This document shows, piece by piece, positions 1 to 9,024 of a stretch of 45,123 nucleotides of DNA; position 1 is the stretch's first letter; each line of letters starts with the position of its first letter. Location of the stretch: the UHGV virus genome UHGV-1374414; one strand, given 5' to 3'. The position numbers were made by a program, and so were the translations under genes. The notes beneath the pieces are model-generated. The model searched no databases and was not told the DNA's origin. It saw only the letters and a list, made by a program, of their open reading frames with translations. Source of the stretch: a virus.

Positions 1-2153
1 AGCACGCCGCGCTCGACCATATCGTCGATTGCCTTCGTCGATGTGCCGCCTTTCGCAAGTCCAGCCTGGCGGACAATTGCCGATTTACTGAATCCGGTAT
101 GGTCCGGGTTATCTTCCATCAGTTTTTCCAGCGCCGCATAAAGCACTTTCTCTTTTTCGTTGCGCGGTCCTGCGGCGTTCTCCTCCTTAACTGCGGCTTT
201 GCCAGCGGCCTTCGCCTGTTCGATGGCGAACGGTGCCAGGGCGACCGGTACGAGGTAAAGAGTCTCGTCGCGTGGCGTGGATGCGATCGGCTTGACGTCC
301 CAACCGGCAACGACGTCACCGAAGTCTGGCCCGGTGCTGGTGGACTGGTGTGCTTCGAACGCTTCGGACTTGCGGAGATCAACCTTAACCTTGCACTTGA
401 GCAGGACGAAGCCGCGCGGCGCTTGCTTGATGCCGTTACGTGATTTTTCGTGATACAGGTTGAGTTGACCTGGCTGGTTGTCGTCCGGCTGTTCCAGGAA
501 GAACGCAGAATCGACAGCACCATGAAGCGCGCCGGACCCGCGTGGCGTTCTGCTGCCGTTTGCACCTTTCGCCGGGTGGTGGATGACGCCCGCACTGCCA
601 CCTGTATTTTCCGCAATGGCCTTCAGCGCCTTGACCACTTCGCCCATATCGCTGGCGTTGTTCTCGTCGAACGGTTTAGCATCGGCGGACCGCAACGCTA
701 CAGTCTGGTTGAGTGAGTCGAACGCCACCAGGCCAACCGGTTCGCCGTTAGCGGTGCGGTTGATGAAGCTGATAACTTCACGCAGTCCTGATTTGCTGGT
801 GATATCCCAGCCGCGTGATTGCAGATCGATAATGTGCAGCTTGTCCAGGTCGTGCTCGTATTTAATCTGCAATGCTTCCTTACGCTGGTTGGAGGCTTCA
901 CCACCTTCCGCGTCGAAATAGAAACAATGAGACTGGACGACCTTCGCACCGCCGAACGGAATACCCGCGGCAACCGCGCCCATTTGCCCCAGCACGTAGA
1001 ACGATTTGCCGATGTTAGACTCGCCAGCCATATACCAGGTCGATTTGAAGTTAATCAGCCCTTCGATGATCGGGTCGTGCTTACTGAACAGTGCGACCGG
1101 TTCGTTATCCAGGTCAGCGTCGGTACATACGCCGTACTCGTCGCCGTCTCCGACCGCATCAACAATATGATCATATAGGGACTCGACTTCCTCGTCGTCC
1201 AGTCCGGGGAGGATGGCGGCGATTTGCTTGCGTGACATGTTGTGCGGTTCGACGTTCAGGTGGTCCGGGATCCCGATAAGACGCAGCGCCAGGTGCTGGT
1301 GTCTGTTCAGTTCCGAGCAACACTCGTTGCCGGTGTGCATACACTTGAAACGGATCTCGCCATCCTTAACCATGATAGCCGTCGACCCTTCACCACTGTG
1401 CAGGTGTTCGTTCGGGCACGGCACTTCATAACCACGACCGGACGACAGCGGTTCGAATCCTGCCTGGAAGCACCAATCCAGAATGCCGTCCGCCACGCCG
1501 TCATCGCCCTGGGTCAGTTCGCGGCGTACTTCCTCTTTTTCCACTCCCAGCTTATCAGCCAGGCGAAGCAGACGACGGACGCGGGCACGTTTGCCGTAGT
1601 GACACTTAACAACCGATTGCTGGTGAGGCAGGTACATAAGGCGGTTTGTGTCTTTTGTACAATCATCGAAGTCCACATCTGACAGGCCCAGTTGGTGTAA
1701 TAGTGCATACTGGACGCGGCCCAGGTCTTCAGCCGGTACAGGCTTGTCAGTGAGCACCAGGAAACGGGCGCAACGCGTGCCGCCCTTCAGCGGGTGGCGG
1801 TCGCCGGTGGTGGTGTGAAATACGTGTTCCAGACCCGCGTCAATGAACGCCTTACGGCAGCGGCGCAGGGTGCGGGTGTCGGTGCGGTCAATATCAAAGA
1901 ACAGGATCGAGCGGTCCACCGCACTGGTCTTACGACGCAATCCGTCACTGGTATACGCCACGATGCCATCGGCCTTACGCTTGCGGCGCGCATACTCGGC
2001 TTTATCTTCCGTCTTGTTGATATGCACCGAGGAGATTTCTTTCGCATCTTTGATAAATTCGAAAAACTCATCGGTCGTCATCTGGAAGTTTTCCGCCCTG
2101 GCTTTTTCGCCTTTTTTAGCGGGTTTTGTTACAGCGAATTTAATCAAGCTCAT
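1..2153 (-). CDS. replicative primase/helicase (primase-polymerase-like N-terminal domain + P-loop helicase); 5' portion, ORF runs off left edge
   Basis: Stop-free minus-strand frame from ATG 2153-2151 (MSLIKFAVTKPAKK...) to position 1; absent from ORF track because no stop in window. Walker A GESNIGKS near 1002-1025; DxD-like ILFFDIDRTD and Cys/His cluster in N-terminal half. Confidence 0.75.
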   Translation of the reverse strand, partial: MSLIKFAVTKPAKKGEKARAENFQMTTDEFFEFIKDAKEISSVHINKTEDKAEYARRKRKADGIVAYTSDGLRRKTSAVDRSILFFDIDRTDTRTLRRCRKAFIDAGLEHVFHTTTGDRHPLKGGTRCARFLVLTDKPVPAEDLGRVQYALLHQLGLSDVDFDDCTKDTNRLMYLPHQQSVVKCHYGKRARVRRLLRLADKLGVEKEEVRRELTQGDDGVADGILDWCFQAGFEPLSSGRGYEVPCPNEHLHSGEGSTAIMVKDGEIRFKCMHTGNECCSELNRHQHLALRLIGIPDHLNVEPHNMSRKQIAAILPGLDDEEVESLYDHIVDAVGDGDEYGVCTDADLDNEPVALFSKHDPIIEGLINFKSTWYMAGESNIGKSFYVLGQMGAVAAGIPFGGAKVVQSHCFYFDAEGGEASNQRKEALQIKYEHDLDKLHIIDLQSRGWDITSKSGLREVISFINRTANGEPVGLVAFDSLNQTVALRSADAKPFDENNASDMGEVVKALKAIAENTGGSAGVIHHPAKGANGSRTPRGSGALHGAVDSAFFLEQPDDNQPGQLNLYHEKSRNGIKQAPRGFVLLKCKVKVDLRKSEAFEAHQSTSTGPDFGDVVAGWDVKPIASTPRDETLYLVPVALAPFAIEQAKAAGKAAVKEENAAGPRNEKEKVLYAALEKLMEDNPDHTGFSKSAIVRQAGLAKGGTSTKAIDDMVERGV

Positions 2154-2163
2154 TGCCGTGGCC

Positions 2164-2493
2164 TTACTTAGAAGTTTTATTATTGCGTACCCAGGAGCGC
2201 ACTGTGCTCTGATTAATTCCGGTCAACTCGGCAATCATCGCCCATGATTTACCCTCGGCGCGCAAACGGATAACCTGCTTTTTGTATTCTTCCATTTCTT
2301 CATTGTGTTTTTGCAGCTTGCTTGCTGCGGTACCGTTGAGTAGTTCCAGCCTGGCGCGCAATTCTTTTTCGGTAAGCCGTAGTCGTTCGATTTCGAATAA
2401 CACCGCCCCCACGGCATCTGTATAAGCCCATGACCGGCTTGTCTCACTGCAAACAGTCTTCGTTAACATTTCGATTGCGTCGTTTACATTCAT
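2164..2493 (-). CDS. helix-turn-helix DNA-binding protein (possible regulator)
   Basis: 109-aa ORF; C-terminal GKSWAMIAELTGINQSTVRSWVRN is a classic HTH; N-terminal coiled-coil; SD GAGGGA upstream; directly upstream of primase gene. Confidence 0.7.
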   Translation of the reverse strand: MNVNDAIEMLTKTVCSETSRSWAYTDAVGAVLFEIERLRLTEKELRARLELLNGTAASKLQKHNEEMEEYKKQVIRLRAEGKSWAMIAELTGINQSTVRSWVRNNKTSK

Positions 2494-2507
2494 TGCTCTT
2501 CCCTCAG

Positions 2508-2524
2508 TTGGTTAATGACCAACG
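2508..2524. promoter_or_regulatory. palindromic operator-like site GTTGGT-N5-ACCAAC
   Basis: Perfect 6-bp inverted arms around taatg, in the leader of the minus-strand promoter. Confidence 0.4.
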
Positions 2525-2553
2525 AAACTACACCCAAAACTGCATGGTGTCAA
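2525..2553 (-). promoter_or_regulatory. sigma70-like promoter for HTH/primase operon (TTGACA-17-TAGTTT on minus strand)
   Basis: Minus strand reads TTGACA ccatgcagttttgggtg TAGTTT about 35 nt upstream of the HTH gene ATG. Confidence 0.45.
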
Positions 2554-2623
2554 ATCCTTTGGTTATTGAAACGGGCGCGCACGCGTGTAATAATAATTCC
2601 CGTCTCATTGTCTCTTATTGGTT

Positions 2624-2657
2624 AGCGCCGTCGCATTTTGCCTCGGCGCTTTTTTTT
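2624..2657 (+). terminator. intrinsic terminator with no upstream plus-strand gene (orphan)
   Basis: agcgccg-loop-cggcgct stem followed by T8 run. Confidence 0.6.
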
Positions 2658-2667
2658 AAATTAGTTG

Positions 2668-2697
2668 TTGACACCCATCCTGCAACCAATCTATCAT
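2668..2697 (+). promoter_or_regulatory. strong sigma70-like early promoter (TTGACA-18-TATCAT)
   Basis: Consensus -35 TTGACA at 2668-2673, -10 TATCAT at 2692-2697; spacer contains GCAACCAAT motif; about 190-nt leader to first plus gene. Confidence 0.6.
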
Positions 2698-2892
2698 TCA
2701 CTCCGTCGACAGGATGCAGGACGCAAACTGGAGAGGGGCAACGCAGGGGCCGGATCGAAGTGTCAGGATTCCCAACCGTGATTATATAACCAGGTCCACT
2801 ACCCGAACGGGAGAACGCGTAACCTGGCGCTATGTTAAGGCCACCGACGAAGTTAACTGCCGACACCTAAATTAACCAATCGGAGATATACC

Positions 2893-3414
2893 ATGTTTGA
2901 GCAAATCGTAAACCTGATCACTCGCGGCGTAGTAGCACTGGAAACCATCGCTAAACATTATGAAACCGTTGGCGCTGCCGTTGGTAAGCAGGAAGACAAG
3001 AAGCCGTCTAAGGCGAAAAAAGAAGTTGTCGAAGATGACGACGATGATGCCGAAGACGAAAAACCGGCTAAATCTAAAAAAGCACCGGCGAAAGGTAAGG
3101 CCAAAAAAGAAGTCGTAGCAGATGACGACGATGATGCCGAAGACGAAGACGAAAAACCGGCGAAAGCTAAAAAAGCACCGGCGAAAGGCAAAGGTAAGAA
3201 AGATGCCGATCCGCTGGCGGAGATGCGCGACGAAATCAAACAGTATGCCGCGATTATCGCTGGTGGAGATGACGACGATGCGAACGACGAATTCGACGAC
3301 CTGCTGGAATCGTTCGAGATCAAATCAATCGCCAAGCTGGAAGATGACGACGTCGAAGACTTCCACAAAGAGCTAAAAGAAATTGTCGAAACCTATTTCG
3401 AACTGGAAGATTAA
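2893..3414 (+). CDS. highly charged acidic/lysine repeat protein (first early gene)
   Basis: 173 aa; SD GGAG 7 nt upstream; repeats of DDDDDAEDE-KPAKSKKAPAKGK; terminator immediately downstream. Confidence 0.8.
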   Translation: MFEQIVNLITRGVVALETIAKHYETVGAAVGKQEDKKPSKAKKEVVEDDDDDAEDEKPAKSKKAPAKGKAKKEVVADDDDDAEDEDEKPAKAKKAPAKGKGKKDADPLAEMRDEIKQYAAIIAGGDDDDANDEFDDLLESFEIKSIAKLEDDDVEDFHKELKEIVETYFELED

Positions 3415-3422
3415 TATATTCC

Positions 3423-3449
3423 GGCCCGCTAATCTGCGGGCCTCTTTTT
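3423..3449 (+). terminator. intrinsic terminator
   Basis: ggcccgc-taatct-gcgggcc hairpin followed by tcttttt. Confidence 0.65.
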
Positions 3450-3462
3450 AGAGGACGAGACA

Positions 3463-3714
3463 ATGGCACGCTTCACGCTAATCGAGGCGGTGGACTCCCG
3501 CGACCAGAGCCCATATTATTGGCTTTTCGAACGCATCGGCTATTTTCAGTCACGCGTTGCCGTAATAGACAAACGCCGCAACACCCCCGCGCAAATTAAG
3601 CGCACCACCTTTATTAATCCCGACTTTTATATTTGGGCGGATTCCAATCTGGAATTTGTTCGCTTCGCAGTTGCATCCGAAGCAAAAACAATCGACCGCT
3701 GGGAGACAAAATAA
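3463..3714 (+). CDS. hypothetical protein
   Basis: 83-aa ORF; SD GAGGA upstream. Confidence 0.55.
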   Translation: MARFTLIEAVDSRDQSPYYWLFERIGYFQSRVAVIDKRRNTPAQIKRTTFINPDFYIWADSNLEFVRFAVASEAKTIDRWETK

Positions 3715-3902
3715 TGACTGTATTCTTTGTTTCATTTCGTTGCCGTATCACTGGCGACGAGCTACCAGAAATAATTAGGCATGAGAACTGGCTTTGCTGT
3801 TGGGGGAAAGCCTGCGACCTGGCTTTGACAATGAACGAAGACGCGAAGCGGGCCAATGTTAAACACGACTATTACATTGCTCAATTTTCAAGGGTGGAAT
3901 AA
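3714..3902 (+). CDS. hypothetical small protein
   Basis: ATG overlaps upstream stop (TAATG); 62 aa, MTVFFVSF...; ORF-track start 3633 lies inside upstream gene. Confidence 0.45.
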   Translation: MTVFFVSFRCRITGDELPEIIRHENWLCCWGKACDLALTMNEDAKRANVKHDYYIAQFSRVE

Positions 3903-5332
3903 TGGCGATTAAACCAAAACGTAAAACGCAATCCGGTAGCAATACGGAACACTCATTACTCGGGCCATCCGGTGCTAAAAAATGGATGGGTTGCCCCGCC
4001 GCCCTGGTGGTAGAACAAGGTATCCCGAACGAATCCGGGCAAGCGGCAATTAACGGTACGAGTATGCACACCGTATCTGAAGTCGTGCTCAACCGCATTA
4101 TCGCCGGTGAGAAGCTGATAACCGCGAAGACGTACAAAGGGTGCTACGTCGAGAACGAAGGCAAGGGACCGGTGAAGGCACACCCGAAAGCACCGAAAGG
4201 CGGCGTACTGGTAAACGACGACATTGTGAAACAGTGCGACGCGTACATCGACCACTGGCGACCGCTCCTCGAAGTGGCGGAGTTTGTTCAGCTTGAGATG
4301 CGCGCCGATCTTACCCGCGTCCTACACTCGGGCTTCGAGATCGACGGCAACCGGGTTAAGACGTTCGGCACTGCCGATATGGTCATGGTCATGAAGAAGA
4401 CCGACGGCACGTACATGCTGATTGTTGGCGACCTGAAGACGGGACGGCATAAGGTCGAGGCGAAAGAAAACAAACAGCTTATGTTGTACGCGCTCGGCCT
4501 GCTGCGCAAGCTGAAAACTATGTACGACATTACAACCGTGCGCCTGGTTATCTTCCAGCCGTATTGCGGCGGGGCGTCGGAGTGGGATATTACAGTGGAA
4601 GCGCTGGAGATATTCGCGAAGTTTGCGTCCAAGCGTGCTATCGCCGCCCTGGAAGCGTACGCCCGCGGCAAAAAGGGACTCACCCGTGCCGACTTCCGAC
4701 CGAGCGTTGATGCGTGTCAGTGGTGCCGATTTGCGGATCAGTGTAGTGCCCGCGCTAAGGCCGCAATCGACACGATGACCCCACCAACGGCAACAGACGA
4801 AGACCTGGGCGACGACGTGAGTATTGCGACAGAGGAAGAATGCGCCAATCACGACCGCAATATGGCCCGCGAAGCCCGCAAAGCGGCACGACGTGAGAAG
4901 CGTGGTAAGAAAGAAGCGGCCCCCGGCGCTATGACCGCCGCGGAACTTCGCAAGGCATATGAAGGTCTTGACGCAATGCGCCAGCACATCAAGGCTATCG
5001 AGTCCGCGGTGTTCAAGGCCGTAATGGCGGGTGATGGCGAATCGCTGGGCCTCAAGATGGTTGCCGGTAAGGAAGGAATCCGCAAGTGGGCGGACGAGAG
5101 CGAAGTGATTGAAATCTTCACGAAGGCCCGGATCAAACGCGATGTGATGTACAAAGAAACATTGCTCAGTCCTACGGATGCCGAGAAGGTACTGAAGGAC
5201 GAGAAGCCGAAAGTGTGGGCGAAGTTGTGTGATAAAATCACGCGCGCACCGGCTAAACCTGTATTAGCGCCCATTGACGACCCGCGCCCTGCGTGGTCTG
5301 AAGCTACCGACGAGGACTTAAGCAATGAATAA
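3902..5332 (+). CDS. PD-(D/E)XK nuclease, Cas4/RecB-like (DUF2800-like) exonuclease
   Basis: 476 aa; N-terminal LLGPSGAKKWMGCPA; GDLKTGRHK and QLMLYA motifs; C-terminal Cys cluster CQWCRFADQC; start overlaps upstream stop. Confidence 0.7.
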   Translation: MAIKPKRKTQSGSNTEHSLLGPSGAKKWMGCPAALVVEQGIPNESGQAAINGTSMHTVSEVVLNRIIAGEKLITAKTYKGCYVENEGKGPVKAHPKAPKGGVLVNDDIVKQCDAYIDHWRPLLEVAEFVQLEMRADLTRVLHSGFEIDGNRVKTFGTADMVMVMKKTDGTYMLIVGDLKTGRHKVEAKENKQLMLYALGLLRKLKTMYDITTVRLVIFQPYCGGASEWDITVEALEIFAKFASKRAIAALEAYARGKKGLTRADFRPSVDACQWCRFADQCSARAKAAIDTMTPPTATDEDLGDDVSIATEEECANHDRNMAREARKAARREKRGKKEAAPGAMTAAELRKAYEGLDAMRQHIKAIESAVFKAVMAGDGESLGLKMVAGKEGIRKWADESEVIEIFTKARIKRDVMYKETLLSPTDAEKVLKDEKPKVWAKLCDKITRAPAKPVLAPIDDPRPAWSEATDEDLSNE

Positions 5333-5567
5333 AGTATTCGCAATCTTATTGATGTTTTTGCTAGGCGCGCTGGTCTTTGGCCTGTATTGCGTGCAAGGCG
5401 TGTTAGCGGTGGCATGGATTATTCGCCACCCTAGCCAATGGGAGGACGACGGCTACAACAAAGGTGTTCCGGACTGGATGGCGAATAATGGCGACCGCCC
5501 GCCGTTAAGCTGGATCAATAACGCCGCCAACTACGTGAACAGAAATCTTTTTAATAAAAACGCTTGA
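5325..5567 (+). CDS. small membrane protein
   Basis: 80 aa; hydrophobic N-terminus VFAILLMFLLGALVFGLYCV; start overlaps nuclease stop. Confidence 0.5.
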   Translation: MNKVFAILLMFLLGALVFGLYCVQGVLAVAWIIRHPSQWEDDGYNKGVPDWMANNGDRPPLSWINNAANYVNRNLFNKNA

Positions 5568-5592
5568 CCGCTCAGGCGCAACCAAGTAGATT
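5564..5592 (+). promoter_or_regulatory. sigma70-like promoter (TTGACC-17-TAGATT) with GCAACCAAG motif in spacer
   Basis: -35 at 5564-5569, -10 at 5587-5592; direct repeats GCAACCAAG at 5578-5586 and 5594-5602. Confidence 0.5.
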
Positions 5593-5657
5593 AGCAACCA
5601 AGCCGGACGGGGTGGCTCACAATAACCCCGATACATGTGAAAATGAGGAATTGGAAA

Positions 5658-6440
5658 ATGGCTAAAGTCAACCTGAAAAATGTGCGCGTATGTTTCCTGA
5701 AAATTTGGGAACGTGATACCCCTAAACAGGATGGACAAAAACCGGCATACCGCGCCGTGATTCTTCTTGATAAAGAAGATCCGCAGGTGGACAAAGTGGA
5801 AGCGGCAGCGCGCGCAGTGCTCACCGACAAGCTGAAATCCGAGAAGAATGCCGATAAGTGGATGGACCGCCACTACGCCCAGGATTCTAAGGAATGTGCA
5901 GTTCGCGACGGCGACGAGCGCGATGAAGTAACCGAAGAGTTCGAAGGCATGTTGTACATCAACGCCAAATCGTTCAAACAGCCTAACATCCAAACGTCAC
6001 TGGGCGAGAAGCAGACCGAGCAAGGTCTGACCGTAGAAGGCGACGAGATCGAAGGCCAGGAAATCTATTCCGGTTGCTATTGCAACGTGTCCCTCGATAT
6101 CTGGGCGTGGAACAACACCAACGGCAAGGGACTCGGCGCTGGCTTGCTGGGTTTACGCTTCCGGGATGACGGTGAAGCCTTCGGCGGTGGCGGGTCTTCT
6201 TGCTCCGATGAAGACTTGGGCGACGATGACGAAGATGAAGCACCGCGCAAGTCCAAAAAGTCAAAACGTCGCGATGACGATGATGAAGACGACAAGCCGC
6301 GCAAGTCCAAAAAGTCCAAGCGCCGCGATGACGACGACGATGAGGAAGATGAAAAACCTCGTAAACGTCGTAAGCCACGCGATGACGAAGATGAGGACGA
6401 CGACGAAGACGAAGCGCCACGCAAACGTCGCCGCCGTTAA
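5658..6440 (+). CDS. putative ssDNA-binding protein (DUF2815-like) with charged C-terminal repeat tail
   Basis: SD GAGG about 10 nt upstream of ATG 5658; MAKVNLKNVRVCF... N-terminus; C-terminal repeats of DDDDEDD-KPRKSKKSKRR; gene order nuclease-SSB-polymerase. Confidence 0.6.
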   Translation: MAKVNLKNVRVCFLKIWERDTPKQDGQKPAYRAVILLDKEDPQVDKVEAAARAVLTDKLKSEKNADKWMDRHYAQDSKECAVRDGDERDEVTEEFEGMLYINAKSFKQPNIQTSLGEKQTEQGLTVEGDEIEGQEIYSGCYCNVSLDIWAWNNTNGKGLGAGLLGLRFRDDGEAFGGGGSSCSDEDLGDDDEDEAPRKSKKSKRRDDDDEDDKPRKSKKSKRRDDDDDEEDEKPRKRRKPRDDEDEDDDEDEAPRKRRRR

Positions 6441-6458
6441 GGGCAAGGCCCACTATTC

Positions 6459-6484
6459 AAGCCCGCTTAATGCGGGCTTTTTAA
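6459..6484 (+). terminator. intrinsic terminator
   Basis: gcccgc-ttaat-gcgggc hairpin followed by ttttt. Confidence 0.65.
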
Positions 6485-6498
6485 TAGGACAATGAAAA

Positions 6499-6669
6499 AT
6501 GCGCATTAAAGCCAGCGAAGTAAAAGTCGGAATGCAGGTATGGTCCAAATTGCTGGGCGAGTATTTCACCGTTGCCGAGATTCGCAACAATGGCGAAGAG
6601 ATTGCCCTGTCTGACGGCATCTTCTCCATGATCGGCAGCGCTGACGCCGTAGTGAGGATTAAGCAATGA
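6499..6669 (+). CDS. small hypothetical protein (56 aa), translationally coupled to DNA polymerase
   Basis: ATG 6499 with AGGA upstream; stop overlaps polymerase ATG (ATGA); below the ORF-track length cutoff. Confidence 0.4.
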   Translation: MRIKASEVKVGMQVWSKLLGEYFTVAEIRNNGEEIALSDGIFSMIGSADAVVRIKQ

Positions 6670-8957
6670 AAGACTTCGAACGCCTTTTTCTCGATACCGA
6701 GACATTTAGCGGGGTGGACCTGAAGAAAGTGGGCGCATACGCCTACGCAGAACACCCAACAACCGAGATTATGATTTGCACGTACGCCATAGACGAGGGC
6801 CGCGTGCAGACATGGGATTGCACCGAGTCCCCAACAATGCCGCGTGAACTGCGCAAGGCGCTCCGCCAGGTATCCCGCAAGAAAGCAAAAATAGTGATGG
6901 CTAACGGCCTCCTGTTTGACCGCCTGGTTATTCGCGAGAAGTGGGGCATTGACCTGCCGGTAGGCCAGATCGAGGATACCATGATTATGGCCTTTCGCCA
7001 CGCGCTGCCGGGTAGCCTCGATATGCAGTGCCAGGTGTTGGGCGTCGACGCAGAGCACGCGAAGGATAAGGCGGGCAAGGCGCTGATCAAACGATTCTGT
7101 AAGCCAACCCCCAAGACCTACAAAATCCGCCGCTACACGCGCGAGACGCACCCCGAGGAGTGGGCTAAATTCCTGCGCTATGCCGCACTGGATATTATAG
7201 CGATGAGGGAAGTCTATTGGCGCATACCGGACTGGGGTAACACGCCGAAGGAAGATGAAATCCTGCTTATTGACCAGTTGATCAACGACCGCGGCTTCTA
7301 TGTGGACGTTGACCTGGCGAACGCCGCGATCAAAGCGGTGCAGGCGCATAAGGAAGAATTGAAGGAAGAAGCATGGGAGCGCTTCGGCGGTAAGCTGACA
7401 GGCAATGACTTCCTGCCAGCGCTGCGCGACCTGGCGCCTGCGTTCACAATCCACAACGCGCAGAAATCCACGCTTAACGACCTGCTGGAAGACCCGGACT
7501 TCCCCGACGAGGGCAAAGTGCTTATCGAGATGCGCCTCGGTGCGTCATCAACGGCATCGACTAAGTACAATCCGCTCGTTAATGGCTTATCCGCAGATGG
7601 TCGCCGTCGTGGGTGTCTCCAGTATGGCGGGGCGAAACGCACGCTACGCTGGGCGGGCAAAGGCTTCCAGCCGCAAAACCTGGCGCGTGGCGAGTACAGC
7701 GACGACCACGAAGGGAAGATTAAACGCCGCGAGGGTGAAAGCGACGTCTCGTTTTGGGTCCGGTCGCACATGCTCACCAACGGCATCAACTCCCTGTTAC
7801 GCGGGACCGCACACTGGGCGTATGACATATCGAAGCTAACCGCCTCGACCGTTCGCGGGTGCATCATTCCGGCGAAGGGCAAGAAGTTTGTCGTCGCGGA
7901 CTACTCCAACGTGGAAGGGCGTGGCCTTGCCTGGATCGCGGGCGAGAAAACCGCGTTAATGGTGTTTAAGGCCGGACGCGATATCTATTGCGAGACTGCC
8001 GGTAAGATGTTCGGCCTTGACCCGGACTACATTAAATCTAACCGCAAGGACTTACGTCAGATCGGTAAGGCGTGCGAATTGGGGTTGGGCTATGGCGGCG
8101 GCGTTGCGGCGTTCTTGCAGTTCGCTAAAAACCTGGGCCTCGACCTTTACACTATGGCTGACGTCATGAAAGGCACGTTCCCGGATCACATTTTGGCGGC
8201 GGCGAAACGAGGCTATGAGTACGCCCGCATTAACGAAGCGAAGCGCCCGCCGAAGCCTGGTAAGAAAGACGAGCGCCCAACTTACATACTGCCGAAAAAC
8301 GTATGGCTGACGTGCGACGCGATCAAACGTATGTGGCGTGAGGCTCACCCGAAGACGGTAGCCTTTTGGGCCGAGCTTGAGGACGCGGTGTTGTGTGCAA
8401 TCCGCAATCCGGGCAAAGCATACTGGGCTGGCGCTAACGTTCGCCCGGACGGTAGGAAAGCGCTCAAGATTGTTCGCACGAAGGCGAAGCACGACCCAAC
8501 CTTTGACGAGGAGCGCGACGACCCGGACGCCGCGGGGTGGTGGTTGAAAATTGAGTTGCCGTCGGGGCGCATCATGAGCTACCCCGGCATCGCGTTGTCT
8601 GTCACGACCGAGATTGACGAAGACACCGGCAAGAAGCGCACCAGCACACGCATTAAATATCAGGGCGAGAATCAGACGACGCGCCAGTGGGGCTTCCAGT
8701 ATACCTACGGCGGCAAACTGACGGAGAACATCGTACAGGCGTTATGCCGTGATATTCTCGCCTGGTCAATGCCAGGCGTTGAAGCCGCGGGCTATGAAAT
8801 CGTTCTATCGGTGCATGATGAATTGATCACCGAAGTGCCGGACACCGACGACTACACGACCGATGAGCTTTGCGCGCTGATGTGCGACCTGCCTATTTGG
8901 GCGAAAGGCTTCCCTCTTGCCGCAGAAGGCGATTGCATGTATCGCTACCGCAAGTAG
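6666..8957 (+). CDS. family A DNA polymerase with 3'-5' proofreading exonuclease domain
   Basis: 763 aa; Exo motifs FLDTETFS and YAALD; polymerase motif A DYSNVEGRGLAW, motif B RQIGKACELGLGYGGG, motif C SVHDE. Confidence 0.9.
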   Translation: MKDFERLFLDTETFSGVDLKKVGAYAYAEHPTTEIMICTYAIDEGRVQTWDCTESPTMPRELRKALRQVSRKKAKIVMANGLLFDRLVIREKWGIDLPVGQIEDTMIMAFRHALPGSLDMQCQVLGVDAEHAKDKAGKALIKRFCKPTPKTYKIRRYTRETHPEEWAKFLRYAALDIIAMREVYWRIPDWGNTPKEDEILLIDQLINDRGFYVDVDLANAAIKAVQAHKEELKEEAWERFGGKLTGNDFLPALRDLAPAFTIHNAQKSTLNDLLEDPDFPDEGKVLIEMRLGASSTASTKYNPLVNGLSADGRRRGCLQYGGAKRTLRWAGKGFQPQNLARGEYSDDHEGKIKRREGESDVSFWVRSHMLTNGINSLLRGTAHWAYDISKLTASTVRGCIIPAKGKKFVVADYSNVEGRGLAWIAGEKTALMVFKAGRDIYCETAGKMFGLDPDYIKSNRKDLRQIGKACELGLGYGGGVAAFLQFAKNLGLDLYTMADVMKGTFPDHILAAAKRGYEYARINEAKRPPKPGKKDERPTYILPKNVWLTCDAIKRMWREAHPKTVAFWAELEDAVLCAIRNPGKAYWAGANVRPDGRKALKIVRTKAKHDPTFDEERDDPDAAGWWLKIELPSGRIMSYPGIALSVTTEIDEDTGKKRTSTRIKYQGENQTTRQWGFQYTYGGKLTENIVQALCRDILAWSMPGVEAAGYEIVLSVHDELITEVPDTDDYTTDELCALMCDLPIWAKGFPLAAEGDCMYRYRK

Positions 8958-9024
8958 CGGAAATGTTGCTTTTAGCGGAAACGTCGGGCATTATTGTCTG
9001 GCGTTTTCTTTTTCGGGGGTGTAT

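Noticed and set aside
99-2247. Several 60-165-aa ORFs on both strands in the left 2.2 kb of the ORF track
   Set aside because: All are nested in or antisense to the long stop-free minus-strand primase/helicase frame, which was missed by the track only because it has no stop inside the window.
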